Shown one piece after another: positions 50,749-64,000 of a stretch of DNA of 64,000 bases (position 1 is its first letter; each line of letters starts with the position of its first letter). This DNA comes from Anthoceros angustus (lineage: Eukaryota; Plantae; Anthocerotophyta): positions 310,001 to 374,000 of the forward strand of contig MU008165.1 of NCBI GenBank assembly GCA_010909165.1, written 5' to 3'. Below the pieces are notes generated by a model. It was given only the letters and a program-made list of their open reading frames with translations, ran no database searches and had not been told where the DNA came from. The position numbers were made by a program, and so were the translations under genes.

Positions 50749-52784
50749 CCTTGTCTTGACTTTGTCCTAAAGCCCTCCGGGCCATGAGGAAAAGGGGGCC
50801 CTCCCCGGGCCCCCCCCGGCCCGAATCAGCCTGCTTCCTTATGTCGGAAACACAGCTGTCACGTATGTCATATTTCCCGGACTGCAACTATAAATCGTTA
50901 ATCTAATGAGAGATCTTCGTACGATTCAGCACGACCAGGACTAGTTCAAATCACATTACGATATGTAAAAGCGCCGCCTCGTCAAGGGGCCCGGCGCGCT
51001 CGGCAAGTCAACTTAACGGAACGCATACGTAAAAACTAAGAGAATATTACTCAATAATGGTATTTATCAATTTATATAGTAAAAAGTACATAGAGAATGG
51101 ATGAAAAAATAGAGAAGGGATCAAAAATATATAATGGGATAGAGAATATAGTATAATGGTAAAATAAGATAGCTAATAGCTACTTAGTATACTTCATTAC
51201 AGGTAATGGAAGAAATCATTGGAAGGAATCTACTTCAAATTATTTTGATCTCAGTAATTCAATTATTATGCAGTTAATTATTTATAATGCGTTATATTTT
51301 TCATGCCTATGCATAATATACATGAGAATTGTGAGGAAGTTGTTCCTTATTACTTGTATATCTCGGATCGGAATGAAAATTAGTTAATGATATTTTGTTT
51401 TTATTTTCAGATCATGAAGTTCACTGAATGATTAGCAACAAATCTTGGCTTGTGCCTCGATCTCAAGACAACACAAGAAAACAAAAAACTCACATTTATA
51501 CGTGATGTTCAAAGTAATTGGACAGTTGTTAAAAACTCGGGATATCATTTTGGAGATAGGAGTATCCAATTGGGGCTAGTCACTCCTATCATACTTGGAT
51601 AAAACTCATTTACCTCGGGACTTAATTTATTTTCCTCTGGACTCCGTGACAAGGGGTCATCCGCTTCTGGAATAATTTGCTTGCAGAAGATACTATGTAC
51701 CTGCTTATCGTGCTCCAAAAAAAACAAACATGAATAGAATGTGAAACTTAAACTTAATGTCCATAATAGAATGTAAAACTTAGACTTAATGTCCATAATA
51801 GAATGTGAAACTTAGACTTGAAGTAAACTTAAACAAACTTGACCAAAACAAATGGACATGCTTACCAAAACAGGAGTCACATCATCGCTTTGAATAGCCA
51901 GTGAGTTCTTTTCCATCTCCAATTGTTTTAGCCTATACTAAGAAATACAAGCATCATAATACATTCTCTCTTTTGCCGTTAGACGCTGAATTTCCAAAGC
52001 CTTCTATCTTTGCTTCTCCTAAAGAATCTGGACAGATCTTTGTCGCTGCTTGACAACCCTGTACTCTTTCTCCCGTTGAAGACAAATAACCACTAAAGTT
52101 TTCTCAAATTCAACTGTAAAATCCTTGTCCAACTCCTTCAAAACCTTCTCCACTCTAGAGGTGCAACCCCAACATCTGCATTGGGAGGAGCTTCCTGAAG
52201 AGCGAAGCCAGGTACGTACCCTAACCCTAGGTCGTTGCGATCGCCAAGAACTCATCGTTCCGCCAGATTTCTTCCACCGGCCGCACCCCGCCAAACAGCA
52301 GATCCGTTATCGGACTGCGCCACTAGCCGAACCAACTCCGTCACGCCGCCCGGCCGAACTATCCCGCCAAGCAGCGGATCCCTAATTGGGCTACGCCGCA
52401 CGAATTATGCCGCCCGACTGGACCAACCCGCCCATGCATACTTCAACTGACCTACTCTGGCAAGCTTCCCTTTAGTGGACCACATCCCCCCTCGCCGGAT
52501 TACCCATCTCGACGGACCAGCCTAGCACTCGTCGGACATAGGAATGAAAATTCACTCTTAGTATCTAGCTGCACTTGAGGGCCTGCTCCCCGGAAATTAG
52601 ATTTCTGCGAGCAAGCCTTGGCAACATAGACAACCATGACATCAAAAGATACAGGAATTGTAATCCCAACCACGGATGCTACCCCTCTTTCTGTGACTGG
52701 AACATACTTAGTAATTTCCCTCAAACCTCAATCAACCAATACTACATGCCTTGTGTCCAAATGCTTCCTCCTTTATGCAAATAA

Positions 52785-54989
52785 CAGAGTCTGTTTAGAA
52801 AGGGGTTTCTCCTGAAACCCCTTTTTGCACACGGACGTGGCCGGACCCCTTTTTGCACTTGAAAAAATCCGCACTATAATCAGCCTTTTTGGTATTTCTC
52901 TGCAAACATGTCACCCGCAACCTTTGAATAATTGTTTTGATACACGTTATTTGATATTGTAGATTGCAAGTACATGGCAAAAACCTAAAGTCCCATTCTC
53001 GTTGGGCTTTTTCTTTCAAACTGGACCCAGAATTGGCGCGCGAACTTATGCGCGCACTTATGCGCGCACTTACATCTAAATGCTTCCAACATCCGCAATC
53101 ATTGCGTGTTGGACGATACAAACGCTTAGAGTTTTAGGGCTTGTTAGACTCTGCGCAAACTTGTTTGCGCACCAACCTTTCATTCATACCTCAATCCTAA
53201 GACTATACTCGCCCGAGAATTTTACAGACTTTGTTTCTTACACATTGGGACAATAATATCTTCTGACTGATGTTCTTGATCCACATGCGGCGAGAATGAG
53301 AGTGGCATGGTCTGCACTTGGAGCTGGGCCCACGCCAAACGTCTCAAGATTCAAAAGATGCAAAAGGTTCTCACTACTAGTTCAAAGTTTTAACCACTAG
53401 AAAAAAGATGAGGGTTAAGTAAAGATAAGAACATATCCACATTAGGGAGGTGCACAAAAAAGGTTGAAAACGTCGAAAGGAACCCTTTAAAACAACAAAA
53501 ATATCAAAATAAATTCCAAAAAATTCCAAAAATTGTCAAAATTTTAGGGCAAGTACGCATACTTGCCTCAAAAAACTGGACTTTTTTGTGATTTTTTAAG
53601 GGGTTTTAAGGGTTTTTTAGACTTTTTGCTCTTTTTTTCTTTGGATGAACCATCTGAATGCACTAGGAGGCATGAACCATATGGGTTCATGCTCCTAGGC
53701 CCTTGTTCACCTTGGGTGCGCGCACAAGTGAGCGCACCGGCCCCTGCCCCGGTGCGCGCACAAGTGAGCGCACCGGCCCCTGCCCCGGTGCGCGCACAAG
53801 TGAGCGCACCGGCCCCTGCCCCTGCTCGGTGCGCACAAGTGAGCGCACCGGCCCCTGCTCGGTGCGCACAAGTGCGCGCGCGCACCTGCCCCTGCCCCTG
53901 CGCGCACAAGTGAGCGCACCGGCCCCTGCCCCAGTGCGCGCACAAGTGCGCGCACCTGCCCCTGCCCCGGTGCGCGCACTTATGCGCGCACCGGCCCCTG
54001 CCCCTAGTACATGCACTTGTTCACCCAGCTGGGCGGCCCTGGCATGTTTGATGATAACCGGGTACTAGGTCACCGCCGAAAGAGACGGAAACACCGTAAA
54101 GGATAAAAAGGGGATAGGGTGTTCTTCGTCGCATTAGGAAATACGATAGATATATGAGAGCGGTCTAGGTGAACCTCCGCCGATGTTTACTACTTGTTAT
54201 TTTGTTGGGAGTTCAAGACATCCTCGGACCTCAAAAAGGACATGTTTCCCATTAGAATATTATTTTTGCATTCTTTTGCACATTGCGTGCACAAGTTTGA
54301 TAGCGTTGTTTAGACGCCAAGACTTATGCGCCTAGGCCCCTAGTACATGCACTTGTTCACCTTGGGGTACGGTATACAAAACCACACAAAATGCGAAATA
54401 ATTATTTTTGAAAAATAAGGTTCAACATAAATATTTATATTTTTCAAAATTTCAACATTTACAAAAAATAATTTGATCAGATTTCAATATTTATTAAAAT
54501 ACATAGGTATATATATATAACTAATAGATATGTATAGACGTCCCCTAAATAGGCCCTAATTTTCCACACAAACCCTAGTTTTCTTATTTTCGGCATCATA
54601 AACTCATAAATTTTTACCTATTCAACATTTTAAGTATAATAATTTCTGGATTTTCAACTTTTACCAATTTTAATTAATTAACGTCGAATCACCCCTTGGG
54701 GTACGGTATACAAAAACATACAAAACCACACAAAATGCAGAAACTACGGACATGACGAAATTATGGAACAATGAGCTCACTAGCCCTTCATCACACCGAC
54801 TAAATTGCCATGAACCTGAGTACAAGGCGCCAATGCGGTGTAAATGACTCGACAGGAAGTGGTGCCGGAGCCGAGAATGCCCGAAATCGATGGATGAACA
54901 CCTATAAAAACCAACAAAAACCAAACCAACTTAGGTTGGGATTTTTTCCAAAACCCCTTTTGACAGGAGAAACCCCTTTCTAAACAGAC
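52785..54989. mobile_element. Non-autonomous TIR DNA transposon (hAT-like), copy 2
   Basis: Left TIR CAGAGTCTGTTTAGAAAGGGGTTTCTCCT. Right TIR aggagaaacccctttctaaacagac lacks the last ~4 nt. Colinear with 2107-4066, with an extra AT-rich insert at ~54340-54700. Confidence 0.78.
53714..54005. repeat. 36-bp GC-rich tandem array, ~8 units
   Basis: Unit ggtgcgcgcacaagtgagcgcaccggcccctgcccc. Confidence 0.92.
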
Positions 54990-55064
54990 ATAAGAAAAGA
55001 TGCTAACCAGAGAGCTAACATCTTGCAAACCTCCTACAAGGCTTCTCAATAGACTTAATAGGCA

Positions 55065-58000
55065 CTAAAAAAGTACCCTCGTTGTTAATCATGACACCAT
55101 CCACAACACCGTCATCATTAGGGCATTTCCCAACAACATGCCTGTAGGCGGAAATAATCCTCTTCCTGGTGTGGGGCTCTGACAGAACTTCATTAAGAGA
55201 CTTGGACTTCTTAGATTTTCCCTCTATTTCACTCCAAAGAATCTTCTTAGGAGGCATCTGAAGATCAACAGAAATGATTAGTGTCAGAACTAAAACTATT
55301 ATCAAAAAAGGAGAAGGGTATCCTCAGACATTAGACACACACAAGCATCACATACACAAGACTGTTACCTTGGAAATGTTTGAATAGAGAAGGGGCCTGC
55401 TAGACAGACTTCATGCTTCCGAATTAGAGCAGAAATTGAAAAGACTAACATTTTAACTAGCAACTGGTAAACCAAAAGGGATTAAACCCTTCCCACCAAG
55501 GAAACGAGAAAATCATGAATGTAAAACATGAAAAATGATCATCGGAAGGATAAATTCTGCCCCTACAGCCCACCAATGAAAAATTAAAAACAAAAATTGA
55601 GTATGGAATATTGAATGAAAAGACAAAAACACACTTAGCCATATCAAACTAAGAGAAAAGAGGAAGCCAACAAGATTTAGCAAACAGGCTGGGAACTGCA
55701 AATCACAATAAAAAAAATTATAGGCCTTTATAGAATCAACAACACTGTGAAAACTAACTGCTATGAACCAAGGAATAACCTACACATTGCACAAGCGAAA
55801 TCAAATCAGGAAAAGAAATTCCAAGTCCACAATGACAGACCAATAATACAAGAAAAACCCATATAATAGAGACATCAAAAAGCACCTTGCAGAGCCAAGG
55901 TCAGATTATGAGAGTTTATTAGCAATAGACCAAATGAGTTAAAACATAAAAAAAGCTGTCCTAAAAAAATATGGCTATAGGTAGCATGTCTACACATTAG
56001 AAACACGTGCATGCGGACTAAAAGCGAACACATTCCACCAAATACTCAATGTGAGCGGCAAGGAAGTGAACATCACACAACAACCTACAAACAACACTCA
56101 CATGCACGCTGCAGAGCTAAACAACGAGAACCGATATACCTGAAAATGAATAGTCACTCAGGAAGCTTGACTTAGACCTTCACTAACATAAACAAAGAAA
56201 CATAAACATTAGAAATGAAGGTAGGAACAGCATAAGAAAAAGGCGTAAGTGAAAGTCAAAATTAAGCATTAACCAATAAAGCCACACCGCTAGGGCTGGG
56301 AAAAAACAATCAAGAAAAAGATGCTAACCACAGAGAGCTAACATCTTGCATAACAAACGAAAGATAAAAGACATGACCGGATATGCAACACATTGGAAAA
56401 GCCAACTGTAAACCAGAAAGCTTCATGAACTCAAGGGAAGAGCAAAACCTAGAAGAATCACCTCAGATACAACCTCCGCTGCATCGCCGCATGAGCAAAG
56501 AAACAAATCGGTCGTGAACGCCACAACGCACCATGAAAGGGCACCAAAAGATAAACCCTAGGCCTAAAACTAAAAAGTACCCTCGTTGTTAATCATGACA
56601 CCATCCACAACACCGTCATCATTAGGGCATTTCCCAACAACATGCCTGTAGGCGGAAATAATCCTCTTCCTGGTGTGGGGCTCTGACAGAACTTCATTAA
56701 GAGACTTGGACTTCTTAGATTTTCCCTCTATTTCACTCCAAAGAATCTTCTTAGGAGGCATCTCAAGATCAACAGAAATGATTAGTGTCAGAACTAAAAC
56801 TATTATCAAAAAAGGAGAAGGGTATCCTCAGACATTAGACACACACAAGCATCACATACACAAGACTGTTACCTTGGAAATGTTTGAATAGAGAAGGGCC
56901 TGCTAGATGACTTCATGCTTCCGAATTAGATTGAAAAGACTAACATTTTAACTAGCAACTGTAAACCAAAAGGATTAAACCCTTCCCACCAAGGAAGCAG
57001 AAAATCATGAATGTAAAACATGAAAATGATCATCGGAAGGATAAATTCTGCCCCTACAGCCCACCAATGAAAAATTAAAAACAAAAATTGAGTATGGAAT
57101 ATTGAATGAAAAGACAAAAACACACTTAGCCATATCAAACTAAGAGAAAAGAGGAAGCCAACAAGATTTAGCAAACAGCTGGAACTGCAAATCACAATAA
57201 AAAATTATAGGCCTTTATAGAATCAACAACACCGTGAAAACTAACTATGAACCAAGGAATAACCTACATTGCACAAGCGAAATCAAATCGGAAAAGAAAT
57301 TCCAAGTCCACAATGACCAATAATACAAGAAAAACCCATATAATAGAGACATCAAAAAGCACCTTGCAGAGCCAAGGTCAGATTATGAGAGTTTATTAGC
57401 AATAGACCAAATGAGTTAAAACATAAAAAAAGCTGTCCTAAAAAAATATGGCTATAGGTAGCATGTCTACACATTAGAAACACGTGCATGCAGACTAAAA
57501 ACTGAACACATTCCACCAAATACTCAATGTGAGCGGCAAGGAAGTGAACATCACACAACAACCTACAAACAACACTCACATGCACGCTGCAGAGCTAAAC
57601 AACGAGAACCGATATACCTGAAAATGAATAGTCACTCAGGAAGCTTGACTTAGACCTTCACTAACATAAACAAAGAAACATAAACATTAGAAATGAAGGT
57701 AGGAACAGCACATAAGAAAAAAGCTGTAAGTGAAAGTCAAAAATTAAGCATTAACCAGCAATAAAGCCACACCGCTAGGGCTGGGAAAAAACAATCAAGA
57801 AAAAGATGCTAACCACAGAGAGCTAACATCTTGCATAACAAACGAAAGATAAAAGACATGACCGGATATGCAACACATTGGAAAAGCCAACTGTAAACCA
57901 GAAAGCTTCATGAACTCAAGGGAAGAGCAAAACCTAGAAGAATCACCTCGCAGATACAACCTCCGCTCGTGCACTGCTTCGCTGCATGAGCAAAGAAACA

Positions 58001-58065
58001 AATCGGTCGTGAACGCCACAACGCACCATGAAAGGGCACCAAAAGATAAACCCTAGGCCCTAAAA
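55065..58065. repeat. ~1.5-kb tandem duplication (55065-56569 / 56570-58065)
   Basis: Both units begin ctaaaaa(a)gtaccctcgttgttaatcatgac and are near-identical apart from small indels. Junction microhomology ctaaaa. Confidence 0.85.
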
Positions 58066-59397
58066 CGCTATGTTGGTCTGCTCTTTCATGGCCTATACAT
58101 ACCAATCTGCTTGCACATACCTCCTCCCACGGCTGCAGACATTTTTCCTGACTTGAGGATACATCTCTGTGCTCGTGCTCTCAGTCGGCGGGTCACTTGA
58201 CCCAAACAAATTGCAGCCAGTTAGCTAAGATATGTACCGTGATGTGAGGAAAAATGTCTGCAGCAGCGGGAGGAGGTATGTGCAAGCAGACTGGTATGTA
58301 TAGGCCATGAAAGAGTAGAGCAACATAGAGGAGCACGAGCACAGAGATGGAACATAAGCGCAAGCACAAAGATGACCCCTAACAAAAGCAAACCCTGATC
58401 AACACCTTGCATCATCAACAAGGTTCAAGTTAGAAGAGATGCGGCTGCAGTAGGAGGAGCTATGTGCAAGCAGAATTGTAGATAAATGTATACACCTTGA
58501 AGCATTGCACGAGCATTGCATGTATAGACCATCTCTAGTCTCGGCGTGCTCTGTCACGTGCGGGAATGCCTGCCCGTCGGGGCGCCCAACATAGATCCGC
58601 CTCGGCCTAACGGTCTCAGCGGCTCTACGCCCCTCCGGGCAGGCGTTCCCTAGTACATGTATCCTTGCCATCACAATCACATATATGCTTGTCATTAGAA
58701 TCACATATATGCTTGTCATCAGAATCAGATATATGCTTGTCATCACAATTACATATATGTTTGCAATCATGATCACGAGTGAGTGAGGGTGGTCGAACAC
58801 AAGGTTCACAATCTCCACGATTAAGTGAGGACGATCTTGCGTTCAAGAACTTTCTCTTTATACATATATACATGTGCAAAGATAGGTGTCCTATCTACAA
58901 CGTTATAGCTGCCATGAGTTGAAGAATGTTATCCAGAAATACTTGGATTGAAAACCTGCCATGAGTTGGAGAATGTTCTCCATAGAAACTAGATTGAAAA
59001 CCTCCTAGTGCTATGTTATATGGTAACTAAGGATTTGAACAGACCTACTTTCCTTACAGTCGGGTTGTTGACGAGAACATGCAAATTTTCATACATCGGT
59101 CTCGGAGTCATAGCTTTGGCCTCCTCACAACACTCTTGCAGCATATATAAAGGACAAGCTATGATAGGAACTTGTCCTCTCTGAAAGATATATATATATT
59201 AGTTCTCGGCATCGACATATTGCTAATATATCCTATTGGCATTAGCATATATCGGAAATATTCTAAGAATATAATATATAGTATATAAGTTATATATTAA
59301 AGTGTATTACTTGTGCTTTTCAACTTAGTTATTGTTAATATGTTTAATTAACACTAATTAGTAGGAAAGCGTGTCTTGCGCCAGAGATTATTTATTA

Positions 59398-59784
59398 TAG
59401 GGCTCCAAAACGCTCAAACAAGCTTTCCTTGCTGACATAACGTGTTCACTATTTCAGCTGTTGCGGCGCTGAAGGAAAGACACCCTTCCCCATCTGCATA
59501 TTCAAGGAAACGAGCTGCTCGTCCACTCAAGGTGGCTTCAATGTGTTGTTCAAGGAGAGGACCTCGACAGCGGGCCTTCTGTGTATACTAATTTCCTTAC
59601 ACTGCTGCACTGGGAGGCCTGCTTGTTTGCCACCGACTGACTCCCTAAGATGGAGGTGAGAGGGAGCTGCTGGTTGAATCCCTGTACACCCACCAATTTT
59701 GTTCAATCCACAAGGGATCCGGTTGCCATACTGTGGCCAGCTTACACGCACGGTCTTGGACGATGAGACGCATGGCAATCCCAT
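59398..59784 (-). pseudogene. 5' stub of the PPR gene, copy 4
   Basis: Near-identical to 45795-46205. Confidence 0.75.
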
Positions 59785-59993
59785 TTGAAAGGGCTGCAGA
59801 AAGAGCGCTGGCTCAACAAGGGAGTTTTGGCATCACTTTTGACTGTCTGCTGCCTAAAGGTTGCACATTGGTTGTTTCATTGCTAGTGAGATTCCAACGA
59901 TGTGGCCCAACGGAGACACTTGCTTGTCACATAGCAAACTACAACAGGCTGCTGGAGAATCTCGAAGCACCTCGTGCTCCCGCAAAAATAAGC

Positions 59994-62900
59994 TCATCTA
60001 GCCTGGGGCTCAATACTCGCAAGGAAAATTTGGGAAGGCTGGGCTGTGCGGTGGGAGGTGGAGTCGGACATAACCTCGGACGTGGGATTTAGGGGGACGT
60101 TGTCGCTGAACGCCTTACCGCTAGACTGGACCGATTCTCCTCGTCGTTCTCCGGACTCCAGTTCCAGAGTTTGAGTGAGCTCGCTCACCACAATGGTCAT
60201 GCCAGGTCTGGCAGAAGGAGCAGGTCGCACGCACCTCATGGCTATGTCGGCAAACCTCCACAACGACTCTACCTTGCAGTTTCCTCGCAGAGCCGGATCT
60301 ACCACTGGTAGCAAATTTCCAGTGTTCAAAGCGGCTCTCACCTGCCAAATCAACTTGGCACACACAACCATGACTTCCTGCTGTAGATCTTCGACATGCA
60401 GGCAAGAGAAGGTAGGACTCTCACCCTTTCGACCATGGGACCTTCTTGTGAAATGGGCGGCTGTCCACATAAGATCTCCAACAACACCACTCCAAAACTG
60501 TAGACATCGCTCTTGTCGGTGAGCATGCCAGTTGTGTAGGACCTGTGAACACGCCCACCACTACCAGCTGCAGAGGGTTTCCAGGACTTGTGCAACATCG
60601 ATGCTTGTAGAGTAGGTGAGAAAACAACTCACTCAGGATCCAGGTATCCTAGCGTGCCCTTCACCACGGTCTGAACGGGAATTTTTCCATCCACTGTGAG
60701 CTTGGACAACCCGAAGTCCGCCACTTTGGCTTCTAGTTTGCTATTCAGGAGGATGTTGCTGCTCTTGACATCCCTATGGAAGATTGCTGGGTTGCAACCA
60801 TGGTGCAAATATTCCAGACCTGCCCACCCACAGCAAGTCAGTACCTCTTTATCTTCCACTAGGATGTAAGGCAAGTCCAGCGGGACGATTTGGACAGTCA
60901 ACTGGAGTTACCTCTAGCAGCGTCCAGGGCTATCTGCAGTCTCTGTGTCCAGTTCAGTGCAGAGTCCTGTGCGTCTTTGCTACCTGCAAGCCGTTGAGTG
61001 CACAGCACGAGTACAATGAGCTCACAGCATTTGAGCGACTGAGTTGGGAGATCGTCAGTGTTGGAAATTGGAATCCGAAGGAAAGGAGAAAAGATAGTTT
61101 TGATGTAACAAACAATGGGTGAGGGCCAAAACTGGGAACTACCATACAAGCGGGCTCGAAGATCTCCTCCAGACATAAACTCATACAGAAGAATGAGTTC
61201 CTTTCCTTCCTGACAGTACCCAACAAGTGACACCAGTTTTTTGTAGTGCACCGTTGACAGAAGATCGATCTAGGGAACAACCACCAGCAAACCGTCAGGC
61301 CTCCAACAACGCCCTCCCGGGAAGGCATCTTCAAAGCAATTCAAGCTTTAGTCCGAGACTCCAAGATGCGTGCAACATATGGAATGAAAGGGACACCAGT
61401 CTGGAATGCCTACCTCATTGGCGAACTCGGACAACCCTTGCCGGGATTTTTCGGACATGACTTTTACGGCAACTTCACGGCCCTCGAGCAGCCCATAATA
61501 CACTGGCCCAAAGCCGCCCTCCCCAATTTTCCTTGCAAAATTGTTTGTAGCTCCCCTAACAGTGCTCAGAGCATATGGCTGACCTTTTCTAGCAGGATGA
61601 TGGGTCGACCTGGTCGGTTTCTTCCGGCAGCAGAACCAAAGGACGAGGAAACCTATGAAAAGGAGGACCAAGACACCTCCCACAACGCCACCAATAGCCG
61701 GCCCAATGGAACTTTTGCGATTGGGCTTACTGCCGCTCCCTCCAGATGTCCCTGCGGGTGGGCTCCTTGTTCCAGTGGGTGGTGCAGTAGGTGGTGGTGG
61801 GCTCGTTGTTCCAGTGGGTGGTGGGCAAACTGCATTCCCGTAAGGAACACACTGAAGCTGAAGATTACCAGAATACCTACAACAGAACAGCCAACCTGAA
61901 CATGAACTGGGCTTTCATGTTTTCACAAGTGCAATTGAGAAGAGTAGCAAGCTGCTTAGGGGTTGAAACTGTGACACTCGTTAGCCTTCACCTGAAGTCA
62001 GTGATCTGGGTGATGTAGGTCGCAGGGAAGGTGCCATTCAAGTTGTTGTTACTGACATCCCTGGACCACGGCGGAAGCTCGTTTCAAGATCAACATGCCA
62101 AACTCATGATAGCACAAGAAATAAGCGCACGAAGTCCAGGTCGCACTCACAAAGTTTTCAAAGAAAAAAGTTGTGCGACCCAAGTGGGCAAAGGGCCAGA
62201 GAATTGGTTGTCAGATAGGTTCCTGTCAGTTGCAACCAGACACCCAACATCAGTTGGGGCAGTACTCAAACGCAAGCAGCACGCCCTCATCATGATCGCT
62301 TGCACAACGATTTCTCAAGCTCCGGGACCCAGTTCCCTTCGCCTGCTGTCATGCAAACTGAGTTGCCAGGGTCACAGGGTCATGGACTACAGGTTTTGAA
62401 GAGCTGCCAGGCCTGAAGTGGCTGTCGGAATCGGGCCGCTGAGTCCCTTGCCCGAGAGATCCCTGCAAACATTGGCAACACGTACACAGTCAATTGCTGT
62501 CTTGTACAAGTACACTGACATGCCTGCAGGCCAACATGTGCTGGGTAGAACTTCACAAGGCTGTCACTGCATTGTCGGTACAGAGGACTTCATCCCAAGG
62601 CACAGGATTGCACGGATCCCCCGTCCACCGACTGTGGTTCAAAGCCAGCTTTAACCCAGCCAGTGCAGTGACTGCAATCAAGCACCCACATAGTTAGTAG
62701 AAAAAGCCATGGAAACGACCAAACAGGGGACCTTCTCCAGGAACTCACCATCTTCCGCATTTGTAGGTGATCCCAGTGGGATGATCTGATACACCTCGAC
62801 TGCGTTCATAATCGGGGGCAGGTCCGTGTCGGCATCAGGAACCAAAGTGAACACCAGTGAGGGGTCAGTCTCAGGAACAGTGTAGTTCGTTATTCCAAAC

Positions 62901-64000
62901 TGGCACACATAGAGCGGAGGAAGAGCTGTGACATTGAGAACATTGCCCGGTGGAGGCAAGTAGTTGAAATTCGGCACGAAGTCCATTACACGGCTGCAAA
63001 ACCCCAAACCGGGCATGAGCTGCCAGAAATGTTAATGGCCATGAGGTGAAGAAGAAAACAAAGCAGGGAATGGTCCGAGCTGAAGTCACCTGAGTCCCGA
63101 GGTCCCAGTATTGTTGATCTCGGCAAAGAAAGCAAAGGCATAAACTTGAGGAGAGGGGTTGTTGTAGACCTCCAGAGTGACGGAGTAGTTGAGAAGATTG
63201 GGATCCGTGATGGCTGACTGCATGACAATGGGGGGAGGGTGGTCTGCCTGATAGATCGAATCGTAGACAAGCTGGGTAGGAGAGTTAGGATACCCAGGTG
63301 TAAAAATGCTCGTGTAGGTGTCTCCAGCACTCCTGGCCAAGGGCGGCCATATCCGATCAAAGCTATCAAAGGGATACCTACATGACGCAACACAAAGACT
63401 CCATGTCATGCCAGGGCCGACATTGCTGGGACCTTCATAGGCAGAGAGACAGATAGATATCCAACCTGTACGTGGTCACCTCCTCCCCACAGTTGCGCCG
63501 GACGAGGAGGGCCATGATGTTGCTGTCGTCGCCCAATGTGGCGATATAGTCCTCGCGAGTGACGGGCCTGAGCTCCAGGGTGTTGATAAACGGGTCGCTG
63601 CTGTCGGTGCGGATCAAGCAGACGCTGATGCTGGGCTTGGTAGTGATGAGCAGGACCTCGTACGTGGAGAACGTATTGGGAGTAGTGTCAATGGTGACGT
63701 GCGTCCAGAACGTCTCCTCCACAGCAAGCTGCCGCCATAGCACCAAGCATATCACACACACCGGCCTGTCCAGAAACCAGAAATGCACCGGAATCCAAAG
63801 CCGAATTCCGGGAAACGGAGGCAGCGGTGCCAGTACCTCGAACTTGATCCCGGATGCGGGCACCGAAGTGTAGCCCCCGAAGGAGAACCAGGCTCGCACC
63901 AGGTACTGCGTGTTGGGTGTGGCGAGGATGTCGTAGCAGTTTTTGGTGGGCGATGATGCCGCAGGGAAGTACCGGAGCGTGGTGAGGTCCGACACAACGG
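59994..64000 (-). CDS. Malectin-like LRR-RLK, copy 4 (5' end outside the window); DFG kinase; no frameshift seen
   Basis: Same exons. ADFGLSK at 60710-60718, WTGDPC in frame, long stalk. The activation-segment end reads DPESY instead of DPEYY. Confidence 0.9.

Noticed and set aside
53563-54068. Multiple overlapping ORFs with APAPA/GAGAG repeats
   Set aside because: Artefact of a stop-free 36-bp GC-rich array within a non-autonomous transposon.
27715-64000. Naming the RLKs SYMRK or IOS1
   Set aside because: GDPC and the malectin-like+LRR architecture are shared across LRR-I kinases. Orthology needs a phylogeny.

Overview
Eukaryotic land-plant nuclear DNA. Very short GT-AG introns and PLS-class PPR remnants suggest a non-seed plant such as a hornwort, fern or lycophyte (inference only). 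The first ~20 kb is a nest of transposon remnants: a ~2-kb non-autonomous TIR (hAT-like) element, a 5'-truncated CRE-clade (RLE-type) non-LTR retrotransposon with a Copia RT/RNaseH fragment inside its endonuclease region, and a complex repeat with a 37-bp array that has been hit by two insertions. One insertion is a 629-bp Mutator-like MITE (10-bp TSD). The other is a 6,072-bp TGTGG...CCACA unit with a perfect 5-bp TSD (AAGTG) and no recognisable gag/pol or second LTR. It looks like a giant solo LTR and carries a ~958-codon accessory ORF plus arrays of a palindromic 21-bp repeat. Next comes an apparently intact multi-exon auxilin-like J-domain gene (20238-24684, minus). The rest of the window is a head-to-tail array of four malectin-like/LRR receptor kinases (LRR-I type, minus strand), each followed closely by a decaying PPR gene. 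The RLK copies are mosaics. They have hypervariable ectodomain patches, a stalk-length polymorphism and a DFG->DFR change in two copies. Several homopolymer indels and indel-rich tandem duplications suggest long-read consensus or assembly errors. All calls were made by eye; no database searches were run.
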